Positions 19,367 to 28,042 of a DNA stretch of 64,000 bases are shown here, in pieces. The position numbers and the translations under genes are program-made. The notes under the pieces were generated by a model, which saw only the letters and a program-made list of their open reading frames with translations, was not told where the DNA came from and did no database searches. Numbering within the stretch: the stretch's first letter is position 1; each line of letters begins with the position of its first letter. The stretch spans positions 6,859 to 70,858 of the forward strand of contig JAXHNR010000002.1 in assembly GCA_034520215.1 (NCBI GenBank), in the 5' to 3' direction. Source of the DNA: Candidatus Krumholzibacteriota bacterium (lineage in GTDB: Bacteria > Krumholzibacteriota > Krumholzibacteriia > Krumholzibacteriales > WJIX01).

Positions 19367-20065
19367 ATGGATTCTTACATTGTTGCTCTTGGTTCAGCCG
19401 TCTGGCTGGGAATCCTTACTTCCATATCGCCCTGCCCTATGGCCACCAACATCGCCGCGATCAGCTTTATCGGCCGACGGGTTGAAAATCCCCGAAAAGT
19501 CCTCGCCTCCGGGTTGCTTTATACGCTGGGCCGGATGTTGACATATCTTGTGCTCGGTATCCTGATTGTAGCCAGCATACTGTCTATTCCGGAGCTGGCG
19601 ATGTTCCTTCAGAAGAACATGAACAAGTTCCTGGGGCCAATTCTCATTGTCGTCGGTATGTTTCTCCTGGAGATGATTTCATTTGACTTGATGCGCAGTG
19701 ATATCGGATCTCGTATGCAGGGACGGGCGGAACGGTTCGGCATCTGGGGAGCGGCTCTTCTGGGTCTGCTCTTTGCTCTGTCATTTTGTCCGGTTTCGGC
19801 CGCTTTATTCTTCGGCAGTCTCATTCCGCTGGCTGTCGAGCATAATTCCGCGGTGGTAATACCCTCCGTCTATGGCGCCGGGACTGCCCTGCCGGTAATT
19901 GTATTCGCTTTCGTAATTGCCATTAGCGCCCGGATGGTTGGTGTGATGTTCAATAAGCTGAAAACTTTCGAAAAGTGGGCACGGCGAGTCACGGGCGTAG
20001 TGTTCATACTGTTAGGTATCCACTACACTCTAGCCTATATCTTTGGAATAAACATGTTCAACTAA
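19367..20065 (+). CDS. DsbD_2-type membrane protein, ArsG-like transporter candidate
   Basis: Paired motifs SISPCPMATNIAAISF and LSFCPVSAALFFG. Paralog of 14009-14713. Confidence 0.7.
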   Translation: MDSYIVALGSAVWLGILTSISPCPMATNIAAISFIGRRVENPRKVLASGLLYTLGRMLTYLVLGILIVASILSIPELAMFLQKNMNKFLGPILIVVGMFLLEMISFDLMRSDIGSRMQGRAERFGIWGAALLGLLFALSFCPVSAALFFGSLIPLAVEHNSAVVIPSVYGAGTALPVIVFAFVIAISARMVGVMFNKLKTFEKWARRVTGVVFILLGIHYTLAYIFGINMFN

Positions 20066-20075
20066 GGAAAATCTC

Positions 20076-20588
20076 ATGAAACTGAAAACCGTTATTTCTG
20101 CAGTTCTTCTTCTCTTCGTAGCCATAAGTATAGTGACTTTGATTGTTAAACAAACGAGTGACACTCCACCGGCAATTACCAGCCAGCAGCCCGTCACAGA
20201 TGAACAATCACAGAATGACCGGCTGATAGTCTATTACTTCCACGGGAATAAGCGGTGTCCAACCTGCAATACACTCGAAGCATATTCAAAAGAGGCGGTG
20301 GAGACCTGCTTCTCGGCCGAACTGGAATCGGGCCGGATTGAGTGGCAGGTGGTCAACTATGATAAACCCCGTAACGAGCACTTCCTGACGGACTATGATC
20401 TGAGTTTTCAGTCGATGGTGCTTGTAAATATGAAAGACGGCAAGGAAACAGGCTATAAAAATCTCGAAGAGATCTGGGACCTGGTCTGGAACAAGCAGGG
20501 ATTCATAACTTATGTGCAAAGCGAAATAGCCGATTTTTATATGCAAAACGAAACAGCCGATTTTGTGAATACCAAAGAGAGGGAGTAG
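20076..20588 (+). CDS. Membrane-anchored thioredoxin-fold protein (CPTC), ArsF-like
   Basis: N-terminal TM anchor, then LIVYYFHGNKRCPTCNTLEAY. As I recall, this is the architecture of proteins named nitrophenyl-compound nitroreductase subunit ArsF family. Confidence 0.6.
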   Translation: MKLKTVISAVLLLFVAISIVTLIVKQTSDTPPAITSQQPVTDEQSQNDRLIVYYFHGNKRCPTCNTLEAYSKEAVETCFSAELESGRIEWQVVNYDKPRNEHFLTDYDLSFQSMVLVNMKDGKETGYKNLEEIWDLVWNKQGFITYVQSEIADFYMQNETADFVNTKERE

Positions 20589-20619
20589 CATGAACGGCTT
20601 AGCCGTACACATCTCGAAA

Positions 20620-20818
20620 TCCGGATCAGGCGACTGACCGGAACCGCATTCATTCTTTCCGGGCAACTGCAGGGTTGTTCATGTCCGGCTTCGGCGATCC
20701 GCCAGAGATGGCCGGGGAACTCGCGGAGCAAGGCGCATCAGAAGAAGAGCAGATGGAGTGCTATCGGAAGGTCCGTGACGAGATCAAAGCCTTTGTCGAA
20801 ACCCTGCTCAAGAACTGA
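20620..20818 (+). pseudogene. arsC: C-terminal remnant of an LMW-PTP-type arsenate reductase ArsC (frameshifted)
   Basis: FFPGNCRVVHV / GFGDPPEMAGELAEQGASEEEQMECYRKVRDEIKAFVETLLKN matches the C-terminus of the intact ArsC at 24486-24938 (VVHVGFEDPP...EEEALNSYRKVRDEIKEFIQTL). There is no N-terminal CX5R loop. Confidence 0.6.
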
Positions 20819-20898
20819 ACAGGTAACGTAAATGCCCGGTAGCATCTGAAATTGCGATTTTCATAGGCAGTACGAAACTAAGCATATCAAATGCGGGA

Positions 20899-21201
20899 TT
20901 ATTCAACGAGTTCCACTGTGTAACTGCCTTTGTCCGGCAGTATGAATTCCAACTCACCTGAATTCGCCGTTAAATCTTTCTCTATAAAAAAGGTGATATC
21001 TTTTGCCCTGAACTCAGAGAAATCCCTTTTCTTTTCAGCGTAAATCAGATTTTCTGGTCTCACCATCCGACCGGACAGCTTTTTCTCAGCCCGTCATCAC
21101 CCGTAAACAACGTAGAAGTTTCCTATGGTGATGACGCCGCCTCTGGCCCGTATATATCCGAGAAGCTCTTTGCTCGCTTTAATTCTATTGCGTTTCTCCA
21201 T
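20899..21201 (-). CDS. Candidate small selenoprotein with tandem in-frame UGA-UGA (putative Sec-Sec in place of a CC motif)
   Basis: ATG at 21201 with GAGG upstream. A single frame runs to TAA at 20899, broken only by TGA TGA (plus-strand tcatca, 21094-21099). Both halves look protein-like: MEKRNRIKASKELLGYIRARGGVITIGNFYVVYG-UU-RAEKKLSGRMVRPENLIYAEKKRDFSEFRAKDITFFIEKDLTANSGELEFILPDKGSYTVELVE. Confidence 0.55.
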
Positions 21202-21295
21202 AATACACCCTCGGGAAAATACTGCTATTTCTATATATTTTCTTTCAGAATACAGCGCCAAAACAGATCATGCAACGTCTTTTTTGTAAATTCTA

Positions 21296-21430
21296 TCAGC
21301 GGGCCATTCGTTTTCCGTCCGCTGAAGATAGAAACCGGCAGCGCTGCCACAGAACGCCGGTCAGACGGGCACTCAGAGCTGCTCTGATGCCCTTGTGATC
21401 ATCGCTGGTGACTGCTACAACTCCCTGAGG
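21296..21430 (-). mobile_element. IS256-family (Mutator-type) transposase internal fragment
   Basis: VAVTSDDHKGIRAALSARLTGVLWQRCRF matches the conserved sDah.Gl..Ai...f....WQRC.vH block. There is no N- or C-terminal remainder. Confidence 0.6.
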
Positions 21431-21448
21431 ATAAAGACGATGGGCTAC

Positions 21449-21708
21449 AGAAAGCGCAGGTTTGAAGACAATCTCCTCTACAGAATCATCAGTGACCACT
21501 GGCAGAACTTAATTGATGCTTATGAGCACCTTTCCCAGCGTCTCTGCGCTGCTCTTGGATCTGCAGCAAGCGATGTGGTAAAAAGCTTCCTTGGGCTCAG
21601 GAAACCCCATGAACGGATTTGCCGGCAATCAAGTGTGAAAGCTGCGTGGCTGAGAAGCTTCTGTATTTCAGCTGCAAGACCCGTGGTCTGGTTTGTTCTT
21701 TTGAGTGA
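21449..21708 (+). mobile_element. IS91-family transposase N-terminal (zinc-binding domain) fragment, frameshifted
   Basis: YRIISDHWQNLIDAYE... followed, in another frame, by GFAGIKCESCVAEKLLYFSCKTRGLVCSFE*, i.e. the GFaR.rC..Cg.e.l..FSCK.R motif. Confidence 0.55.
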
Positions 21709-21719
21709 TCTTATGTCCT

Positions 21720-22592
21720 CTACCGAACGGACGGTATCAAGAGCACTGGCGCTGCGGCGCGCCTTGTCACTGCATGGCTGACGCTGCCGAGGAAGATTTC
21801 ACCTATAAAACCACGCCCCTGGCTGCCCATTACGGCCAGTGACACATTGTCTTCGCGGATACGCTCGAGGATTTCCTTCTTGGGCGAGCCGTAGGGAATC
21901 TTGATGTGTACATCCTTAGCGCCCGACTGTTCCAGGTCATCCTTTAGCCGATTCAGGCGCGCGGTGTCGGTTTCGTTGAATTCGGCCAGGCGCTCCTTCA
22001 GGTGTTTGTCAATCCGTCCTTTGTCCTGCACGTGCAGCAGCGTGATCCGCTTGGCGCCGCACTCCGCGATCCTCTTCACATAGGAGAAGGCGTGTTCGGA
22101 GTTGTCGGAGAAGTCCGTGAGAAACAGAACGTGCCGCAAGCTGTCGCGGGCCCATTCTTCGCACTCCTTTCTTCCCTCTTCTCCGGCCAGGTTGAGACGC
22201 AGGATCAGAACCGGTCGCGTGGCGCTGTGGATGACCGCGCTCGCCACACCTCCCAGCAGAATCTCCCCCGCCATCGTGTCGCCCGTTGATCCCACGACCA
22301 CAAGCGAACAGTCGTACTTGTCGGCCTGACGGTTGATCTCGATCTGAGGCAAGCCCAGCACCATCTTGGCCGTCACGTCGAACCCTTGATCCTCCAGAAT
22401 CTTCTTCTGCCGCTCGAAGGACGGCTTGGCGATTTCCATCATGCGATCCGCCAGCGATCCCACATCGCGGATGTTGAAGCAGTGTATCAACACAGCCTGG
22501 CGCGTTCCCAACGCCTTGAGGGTGCCCAGGGTGCAAATCACCCGCTCCGAAGCCTCCGATAAATCCGTCGTCACCAGCATTTTCTTAAACAT
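21720..22592 (-). CDS. Tandem universal stress protein (2x UspA domain)
   Basis: Two repeats ending in the G-x2-G-x9-G(S/T)-type motifs (VVVGSTGDTMAGEILLGGVASAV and LAVMGSQGRGFIGEIFLGSVSHAV). Confidence 0.85.
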   Translation of the reverse strand: MFKKMLVTTDLSEASERVICTLGTLKALGTRQAVLIHCFNIRDVGSLADRMMEIAKPSFERQKKILEDQGFDVTAKMVLGLPQIEINRQADKYDCSLVVVGSTGDTMAGEILLGGVASAVIHSATRPVLILRLNLAGEEGRKECEEWARDSLRHVLFLTDFSDNSEHAFSYVKRIAECGAKRITLLHVQDKGRIDKHLKERLAEFNETDTARLNRLKDDLEQSGAKDVHIKIPYGSPKKEILERIREDNVSLAVMGSQGRGFIGEIFLGSVSHAVTRRAAAPVLLIPSVR

Positions 22593-22616
22593 AGCATCTG
22601 TCTCCTTTCCTGTTTG

Positions 22617-23840
22617 TTAGACCCGCGCCTTCTCAAACCAATGCTCCGTGCGGGTACAAATTCGAACCAGCCACAGCATCACCGGCACTTCAATCAATAC
22701 ACCCACCACCGTCGCCAGAGCCGCGCCGGAAGACAGCCCGAAGAGCATGGTAGCCGTGGCGATCGCCACCTCGAAGTGATTGGATGCGCCGATCATGGCG
22801 GCGGGCGCGGCATCGGCGTAGCGCAGTTTCAGCTTCCGAGCCAAACCGTAACCGATCCAGAAGATGAGCATGGTTTGGATGAACAGCGGAATGGCGATCC
22901 ACAGGATGGTCAACGGCTGACTCAGGATGATGTCCCCTTTGAAGCTGAACAGCAGGACAAGCGTCACCAGCAGGGCAATGATCGAAACCGGTGTGAGTAC
23001 GTGCAGAAACTTGTCCGTGAACCAGGCCTCTCCCCTGGTTTTGATAATCCACTTGCGCGAGAGGTAACCGCATACCAGTGGTAGCGCCACATAGATGCCT
23101 ATCGACAACAGCAACGCCTGCCAAGGAACCGGCAACTGCCCGATACCCAGCAGGAACCCGCCAAGCACACCGTAAAGGATCAGCATGGTAATAGAATTGA
23201 TCGCCACCATGACCAGGGTCAACCCGTCATTACCCCGCGCCAAATAGCTCCAGACCAGGACCATCGCCGTGCAGGGGGCTATTCCCAGCAGGATGCAGCC
23301 GGCGAAGTAACTTCGCCAGAGTGGGATCTGAAGCATCTTGACACCTTCGTTCAGGACCACCGTGCCGGCACCGTGCGTAGCCCCGACGGCCAGATCCAGG
23401 CCGAACGGGATCTTTACGAGATCGGTTGCCTCGGCTCCAATGAACCCGCGGAACAGAACCCCGAGAAAGAGCAATGCTATGCCGTACATGGTGAATGGCT
23501 TGATACACCAGTTCACAAACAGCGTCAGGAATACCGGTTTTCCGCTTTTGCCCGCCTTGATAACAGACGCGAAGTCGATTTTCACCATGATGGGGTACAT
23601 CATAAAGAAGAGACAGACCGCGATGGGGATCGATACGACCGGCGCACCCTTTACGATAATGGCCAAACCGTCCAAATAGGTCGCAACCCCCGGGGCGATC
23701 TTGCCCAGGAGGATTCCGCCCACAATGCACAGCACCACCCAAACGGTAAGGTATCGCTCGAATACATTCGTCATTTTCCGCTCGTCGGCGGGCTTCACCT
23801 CATTGCTCATGTTATATTCCTTTCTTGTGGTTTCCGTCAT
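22617..23840 (-). CDS. acr3: ACR3-family arsenite efflux transporter
   Basis: [21 protein letters not shown]... and 10 TM segments typical of ACR3. The true start may be the internal ATG at 23810 (MSNEV...). Confidence 0.9.
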   Translation of the reverse strand: MTETTRKEYNMSNEVKPADERKMTNVFERYLTVWVVLCIVGGILLGKIAPGVATYLDGLAIIVKGAPVVSIPIAVCLFFMMYPIMVKIDFASVIKAGKSGKPVFLTLFVNWCIKPFTMYGIALLFLGVLFRGFIGAEATDLVKIPFGLDLAVGATHGAGTVVLNEGVKMLQIPLWRSYFAGCILLGIAPCTAMVLVWSYLARGNDGLTLVMVAINSITMLILYGVLGGFLLGIGQLPVPWQALLLSIGIYVALPLVCGYLSRKWIIKTRGEAWFTDKFLHVLTPVSIIALLVTLVLLFSFKGDIILSQPLTILWIAIPLFIQTMLIFWIGYGLARKLKLRYADAAPAAMIGASNHFEVAIATATMLFGLSSGAALATVVGVLIEVPVMLWLVRICTRTEHWFEKARV

Positions 23841-24121
23841 GCGTAAGGGAATCCGGCAGTGTTTCGACCAACGCCGGAATCGCGCCCCTCACCCATCTGT
23901 AACAATCCAATTTTTCATTCTCGCTTTCAATCTGCTCTGCCGCGCGCGGCCAGATCGCCGCCCAAAAACGCTTATTCTGCACATTGTCCGTTGCTTTTTC
24001 CATTTTTCGTCTTCTCGTTGTGTTCTCTATTTAAAAGGTCGCCAGCAGATACAATCCCGCGCCGACCAGCAATACGCCGGCGATGCTCCTGATCGCCGTA
24101 TCCTTTCTTATTTCGTGTGGT

Positions 24122-24391
24122 TCACCCACAACAATTACTGGTCCCCGCTGTTCCGCCGGGGCAGCAACCCTCACCAGACCGGGCATCATTGTCCAAGATC
24201 CCCTTTGAGAATTCCCGCATGGCAGACATCGCGCCTTTTTCGACCATATGCCCGACGGCAATCGCCTCGCGAATCTCGTCTTCGCCAATGCCCAGCTCCT
24301 TCGCTTTTGCGACGTGATACGTCAGGCAAGGCTGACAGTGCGCTCCCACCGAGGTTCCAACCGCGATCAGTTCTTTCGTCTTCTCATCCAT
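24122..24391 (-). CDS. AhpD-like / carboxymuconolactone decarboxylase family protein (CQPC) with a Cys-rich tail
   Basis: ELIAVGTSVGAHCQPCLTYHVAKAKELG. The C-terminal tail is GCCPGGTAGTSNCCG. Confidence 0.75.
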   Translation of the reverse strand: MDEKTKELIAVGTSVGAHCQPCLTYHVAKAKELGIGEDEIREAIAVGHMVEKGAMSAMREFSKGILDNDARSGEGCCPGGTAGTSNCCG

Positions 24392-24485
24392 TGCTTTTCT
24401 CCTCTCTACTTAATAGCAATAATCTCTGCCGATACAACATAAGCTTCAACCCCACTGCCGGGAAACCAGTCCTTAATAAACTCCC

Positions 24486-24938
24486 TTATATTCCTAATGA
24501 TCCGGGAAGCGTTTGAATAAATTCCTTTATCTCATCCCGTACTTTGCGATAGGAATTCAGCGCCTCTTCTTCATTCGCCGCATTCCTCGCCAGTGCCGGT
24601 GGATCCTCAAAGCCCACGTGCACAACCTTCGCCTTGCCTGTCAACCACATCGGACAGGTCTCATTGGCATGTCCACACATCGTAACAACATAATCAAACG
24701 GAACATCCTTTACCGCGTCAACGGTCTTGGACTTCTGCGCGCTTATATCCACACCTGCTTCGGCCATGACCCGGACAGCATTTGCGTTTAACCCATGCAT
24801 CTCTATCCCGGCCGAATAAACATCCATCACATCGTTCTTCAAATGACGTGCCCAGCCTTCTGCCATCTGGCTCCTGCAGGAATTTCCGGTGCACAGAAAG
24901 AGAACCTTTAATTTTTCTTTTTTTTCTGCATACGACAT
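24486..24938 (-). CDS. arsC: Arsenate reductase, thioredoxin-coupled LMW-PTP type
   Basis: KVLFLCTGNSCRSQMAEGW P-loop plus downstream Cys residues (VVTMCGHANETCP). Confidence 0.9.
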   Translation of the reverse strand: MSYAEKKEKLKVLFLCTGNSCRSQMAEGWARHLKNDVMDVYSAGIEMHGLNANAVRVMAEAGVDISAQKSKTVDAVKDVPFDYVVTMCGHANETCPMWLTGKAKVVHVGFEDPPALARNAANEEEALNSYRKVRDEIKEFIQTLPGSLGI

Positions 24939-25276
24939 AGCGTCTCCTTTTGGATACACATAATCTTATCCACACTTCTCATATCAGCCTGTACCTGTTC
25001 GTCATCGCCAAGAGAATCTGTTAACAGCTTGAGAATTTTCCTGACCAGAACATCAGGCCTGCCGGGCCAACGGTAATACATCCACCGCCCTTCCTTGCGA
25101 TCATCCAGAAGCCGAGCTTGACGCAGAATTGATAAATGCTTGGATACCGTGGATGGCGCCAGCCCCAGCATCTCGATGATCTGACACACGCAAAGCTCAC
25201 GCTCCTTCAAAACACACAGAATCCGCACCCGATTGTTGTCAGCCAGCGCCTTTATAACATTCATAAACTCAAACAT
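24908..25276 (-). CDS. arsR: ArsR/SmtB family metalloregulator (CVC motif)
   Basis: IKALADNNRVRILCVL..RELCVCQIIEMLGLAPSTVSKHLSILRQARL. Close in sequence to the ArsR at 15784-16134. Confidence 0.9.
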   Translation of the reverse strand: MFEFMNVIKALADNNRVRILCVLKERELCVCQIIEMLGLAPSTVSKHLSILRQARLLDDRKEGRWMYYRWPGRPDVLVRKILKLLTDSLGDDEQVQADMRSVDKIMCIQKETLCRMQKKKKN

Positions 25277-25286
25277 AACTTCTCCG

Positions 25287-25304
25287 TTTCGTTACATGAC
25301 GAAT
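25287..25304. promoter_or_regulatory. Candidate ArsR operator: TTTCGT-N6-ACGAAT
   Basis: Inverted repeat 11-28 bp upstream of the arsR start at 25276. It shares the TTCGT-N6-ACGAA core with the site at 16150-16169. Confidence 0.4.
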
Positions 25305-25436
25305 TATGATATATATAAAAGCAAAATGTCAACTTGAATCTTCAGAAATATTTCGATAGCTTCTACATGGCGGATTCCCCGCGCTCTCCTGTGGGGATCC
25401 TCACGGCGTCCTCGACCAGCGAGCGGTGTGACTCGA

Positions 25437-26012
25437 TCAATCTGTCTTTTTAAGACGCGCTCCAGCAGCATGCATCTGCTTCCGCGCCTCCTCGCCGCCC
25501 GTGATCGTCACCGGCCGGGTTGCATCGGAAATCAGCACCACCTCAAAGCCTTCTTTACATCCATCGAGAACAGTCGCCAGCACGCACACGTCCTCGGCGA
25601 GCCCTCCAATAAATAATCGTTTGACGCCGTCGTAACGTAACTGCTCTGCAAGACCGGTCTTATCGAAGGCCGAGTTTTGATCCTGATCGAAGCGAACGCC
25701 TTTGGTCACTTTTATTGCGGATTCCGGCACCCTCAAGTCTGGATGAAAACGCGCTCCGTCGCTGTCCTGGACGCAGTGTGGCGGCCAGGGACCGCCGCGC
25801 TGTTTAAAGCTGATATGATTAACCGGGTGCCAATCACGCGAGACGTAAACCGGCGCCCCCTTTGCGATGGCGGTTTCAATCCAGCGATTGAGGATGGGAA
25901 CGATCTTGTCGCTATCTTCAATCGCCAACGCGCCGCCTGGACAAAAGTCTCTCTGTACATCGACAACGATCACAGCATCACCGCTATGCAATGTTTCTTC
26001 GATACTGGTCAT
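25437..26012 (-). CDS. pncA: Nicotinamidase/pyrazinamidase (isochorismatase family)
   Basis: AVIVVDVQRDFCPGGALAI, ...SRDWHP..H.SF, ...GLAEDVCV catalytic Cys region. AGGAGA RBS before the ATG at 26012. Confidence 0.85.
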   Translation of the reverse strand: MTSIEETLHSGDAVIVVDVQRDFCPGGALAIEDSDKIVPILNRWIETAIAKGAPVYVSRDWHPVNHISFKQRGGPWPPHCVQDSDGARFHPDLRVPESAIKVTKGVRFDQDQNSAFDKTGLAEQLRYDGVKRLFIGGLAEDVCVLATVLDGCKEGFEVVLISDATRPVTITGGEEARKQMHAAGARLKKTD

Positions 26013-26046
26013 TTTGTATCTCCTCATTTATCGTTTGAACGGAACT

Positions 26047-27387
26047 TCATCTCTCCCTCACACTATCTTCGATCTCTTTCTGGTATCTGGACAATTCATG
26101 GCTTACTTCCACAGGATACGGCGGTTCGGCCGGCGTGATATAGAGGACATGGTCCGGAAGGCGAGCGGTCTGCCGGCTGGCATGCTCGCGCGCCGATTCG
26201 AGGTCCACACGGCCTGCGGCCAGGCGCTCGCCGTTACACATCACGGTCTCGAGCAACGGCTGGCCCGCCAGATGTTCATCCGACCGCGCCACCACGTCAC
26301 GCACATAGCGCCCGTTCATGCTCACCCGGAATATCTGATTACGGCCAGGCAGTATCGGCTTCCCTAAACTCAGCTTCAATCGACCCCTGCCCGCGTATTC
26401 ACAGAGTTTGTAGGCAATATCCAGGTCAGGGGCATCTTTGGAAACGCCCATGCTGGTGCCAACGCCAAATCCGTCTATGGGAGCTTTCGAGGAAACAAGG
26501 CGCGCGATACTGTCCTCGTCGAGCCCGCCGCTGGCAAATATCTCTACCTTTTCAAGTCCCGCCTGATCGAGCAGCCAGCGCGCCTCCCTGGAAAGAACGA
26601 GCAGGTCCCCTGAATCGAGGCGCACCGCGCTGATTTTGAATTCTTCGCCCAATGTGTTTGCCAGTTCGATGACCCTGCGAACGCCCCCCATCGTATCGTA
26701 GGTGTCTACCAGCAACACCGTTTCCGGATAGAGTCGAGCGAACGCGCGAAATGCTTCCCTTTCATCATCATGTGCCTGAATGTAACTGTGCGCCATGGTA
26801 CCGGCGACAGGCAGCTGATACTCCTTGCCGGCAAGAACATTCGATGTCGCGGCCACACCGCCTATGTAAAACGCGCGCGCCGCCTTAAGGGCAGCATCTA
26901 TTCCGTGCATCCGCCGGGAACCGAAATCGATCACGGGACGCCCTTTGGCCGCCATCACAACACGCTGTGCCTTGGAACACAACACGGTCTGAACGTGGAT
27001 CTGATTCATGACGAAGGTCTCTATGATCTGCGCCTCCGGCAGGGGGGCTACAATCTCCAGAATCGGTTCATTGGCAAATACCGGCGTGCCTTCGGATACC
27101 GCGCGGACCGCTCCGCTGAAGCGGAAGTCACGCAGCCGATCAAGAAAGGGATCGGAGAACTGCTCGAGCGATGCCAGGTAAGCAAGATCATCTTCGTCAA
27201 AACTCAGATTCTCCAGATAATCGAGTACCGTGTTCAAGCCGCAGGCCAGCAAATAATTCCGTCGCGGGGGCAGGCGGCGAACGAAGAGCCTGAAGACCGC
27301 GTCATCGGTCATCCCCTCGTCAAAATAAGCCTGAGCCATGGTCAGTTCGTAAAGATCAGTAAACAGCGCGAGATTATTCGGCATCAT
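26047..27387 (-). CDS. pncB: Nicotinate phosphoribosyltransferase
   Basis: LFTDLYELTMAQAYF N-terminal signature, GTMAHSYIQA, VRLDSGDL. Confidence 0.9.
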   Translation of the reverse strand: MMPNNLALFTDLYELTMAQAYFDEGMTDDAVFRLFVRRLPPRRNYLLACGLNTVLDYLENLSFDEDDLAYLASLEQFSDPFLDRLRDFRFSGAVRAVSEGTPVFANEPILEIVAPLPEAQIIETFVMNQIHVQTVLCSKAQRVVMAAKGRPVIDFGSRRMHGIDAALKAARAFYIGGVAATSNVLAGKEYQLPVAGTMAHSYIQAHDDEREAFRAFARLYPETVLLVDTYDTMGGVRRVIELANTLGEEFKISAVRLDSGDLLVLSREARWLLDQAGLEKVEIFASGGLDEDSIARLVSSKAPIDGFGVGTSMGVSKDAPDLDIAYKLCEYAGRGRLKLSLGKPILPGRNQIFRVSMNGRYVRDVVARSDEHLAGQPLLETVMCNGERLAAGRVDLESAREHASRQTARLPDHVLYITPAEPPYPVEVSHELSRYQKEIEDSVRER

Positions 27388-27925
27388 TTCCCCCTGTCAA
27401 ATCTTCGAGAACGCCTTCGTGAACACGTACATCCGCGTCATGGAAAAGTACGAAGCGAATATGTTGGACAGATGACAACCGGGGCAATACAGAGATCACT
27501 GTCTCGAATGCCACCCGCGCCGCCGGTTCCATCGGGTATCCAAATGCGCCTGTCGAGATGGCCGGGAAGGCGATGGAAGCGATCCTGTTTTGCTCGGCCA
27601 ACTGGAGGGCATTGCGGTAACACGCGCCAAGCAGCTCCCCGGCAGGCTCGTCTATCCCGTAAATCGGGCCGAGGCAGTGCACCACCGAGTGATTGGGCAA
27701 ATTGTGGGCGCCGGTGATCACCGCTTGTCCCGGGAGGATGGGAGCCAGCGGCCGGCATTCCCTTTCCAGCTCTGGCCCAGCGGCTCGATGAATCGCACCG
27801 GCCACCCCGCCGCCAACGAGCAGCTGAGCATTCGCCGCGTTCACAATGGCTTCCATATCAGACTGGCGAGTTATATCACCCTTTACACACTCAAGCGTTA
27901 TTCCCTGAAGATTTCGTTTCATCAT
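27374..27925 (-). CDS. Macro domain protein (MacroD/YmdB-like O-acetyl-ADP-ribose deacetylase)
   Basis: GDITRQSDMEAIVNAANAQLLVGGGVAGAIHRAAG...IAFPAISTGAFGYP. GGAGG RBS before the ATG at 27925. 14-nt overlap with pncB. Confidence 0.85.
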   Translation of the reverse strand: MMKRNLQGITLECVKGDITRQSDMEAIVNAANAQLLVGGGVAGAIHRAAGPELERECRPLAPILPGQAVITGAHNLPNHSVVHCLGPIYGIDEPAGELLGACYRNALQLAEQNRIASIAFPAISTGAFGYPMEPAARVAFETVISVLPRLSSVQHIRFVLFHDADVRVHEGVLEDLTGGNDAE

Positions 27926-28042
27926 GAACTCACCTCCTCGAGCGGTTCTCTTCTGCCTATGCCTAACACTCCGCATAACCGGCTGGCGATGGAGCGAAGC
28001 GGAATTGCCGGTCCGTTTTGATGCGGTTGTTAGGCGACATTT

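Noticed and set aside
24122-24124. TGA after ...SNCCG of the AhpD-like protein as a possible Sec codon (GCUG-like tail)
   Set aside because: Read-through gives Arg/Lys-rich non-protein-like sequence. The alternative frame, not read-through, carries the plausible TM segment.
23701-24516. 271-aa plus-strand ORF spanning the acr3 start, the AhpD-like gene and the arsC end
   Set aside because: The translation is Pro/Arg/Ser-rich and low-complexity. It crosses three well-supported minus-strand genes, as expected for open antisense frames in GC-rich DNA. The same reasoning applies to 22009-22536, 22614-23084, 23230-23742 and 23338-23846.
26770-27717. 315-aa plus-strand ORF
   Set aside because: It is antisense to pncB and the macro-domain gene, which have unmistakable signatures. 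The translation is Arg/Gly-rich nonsense.
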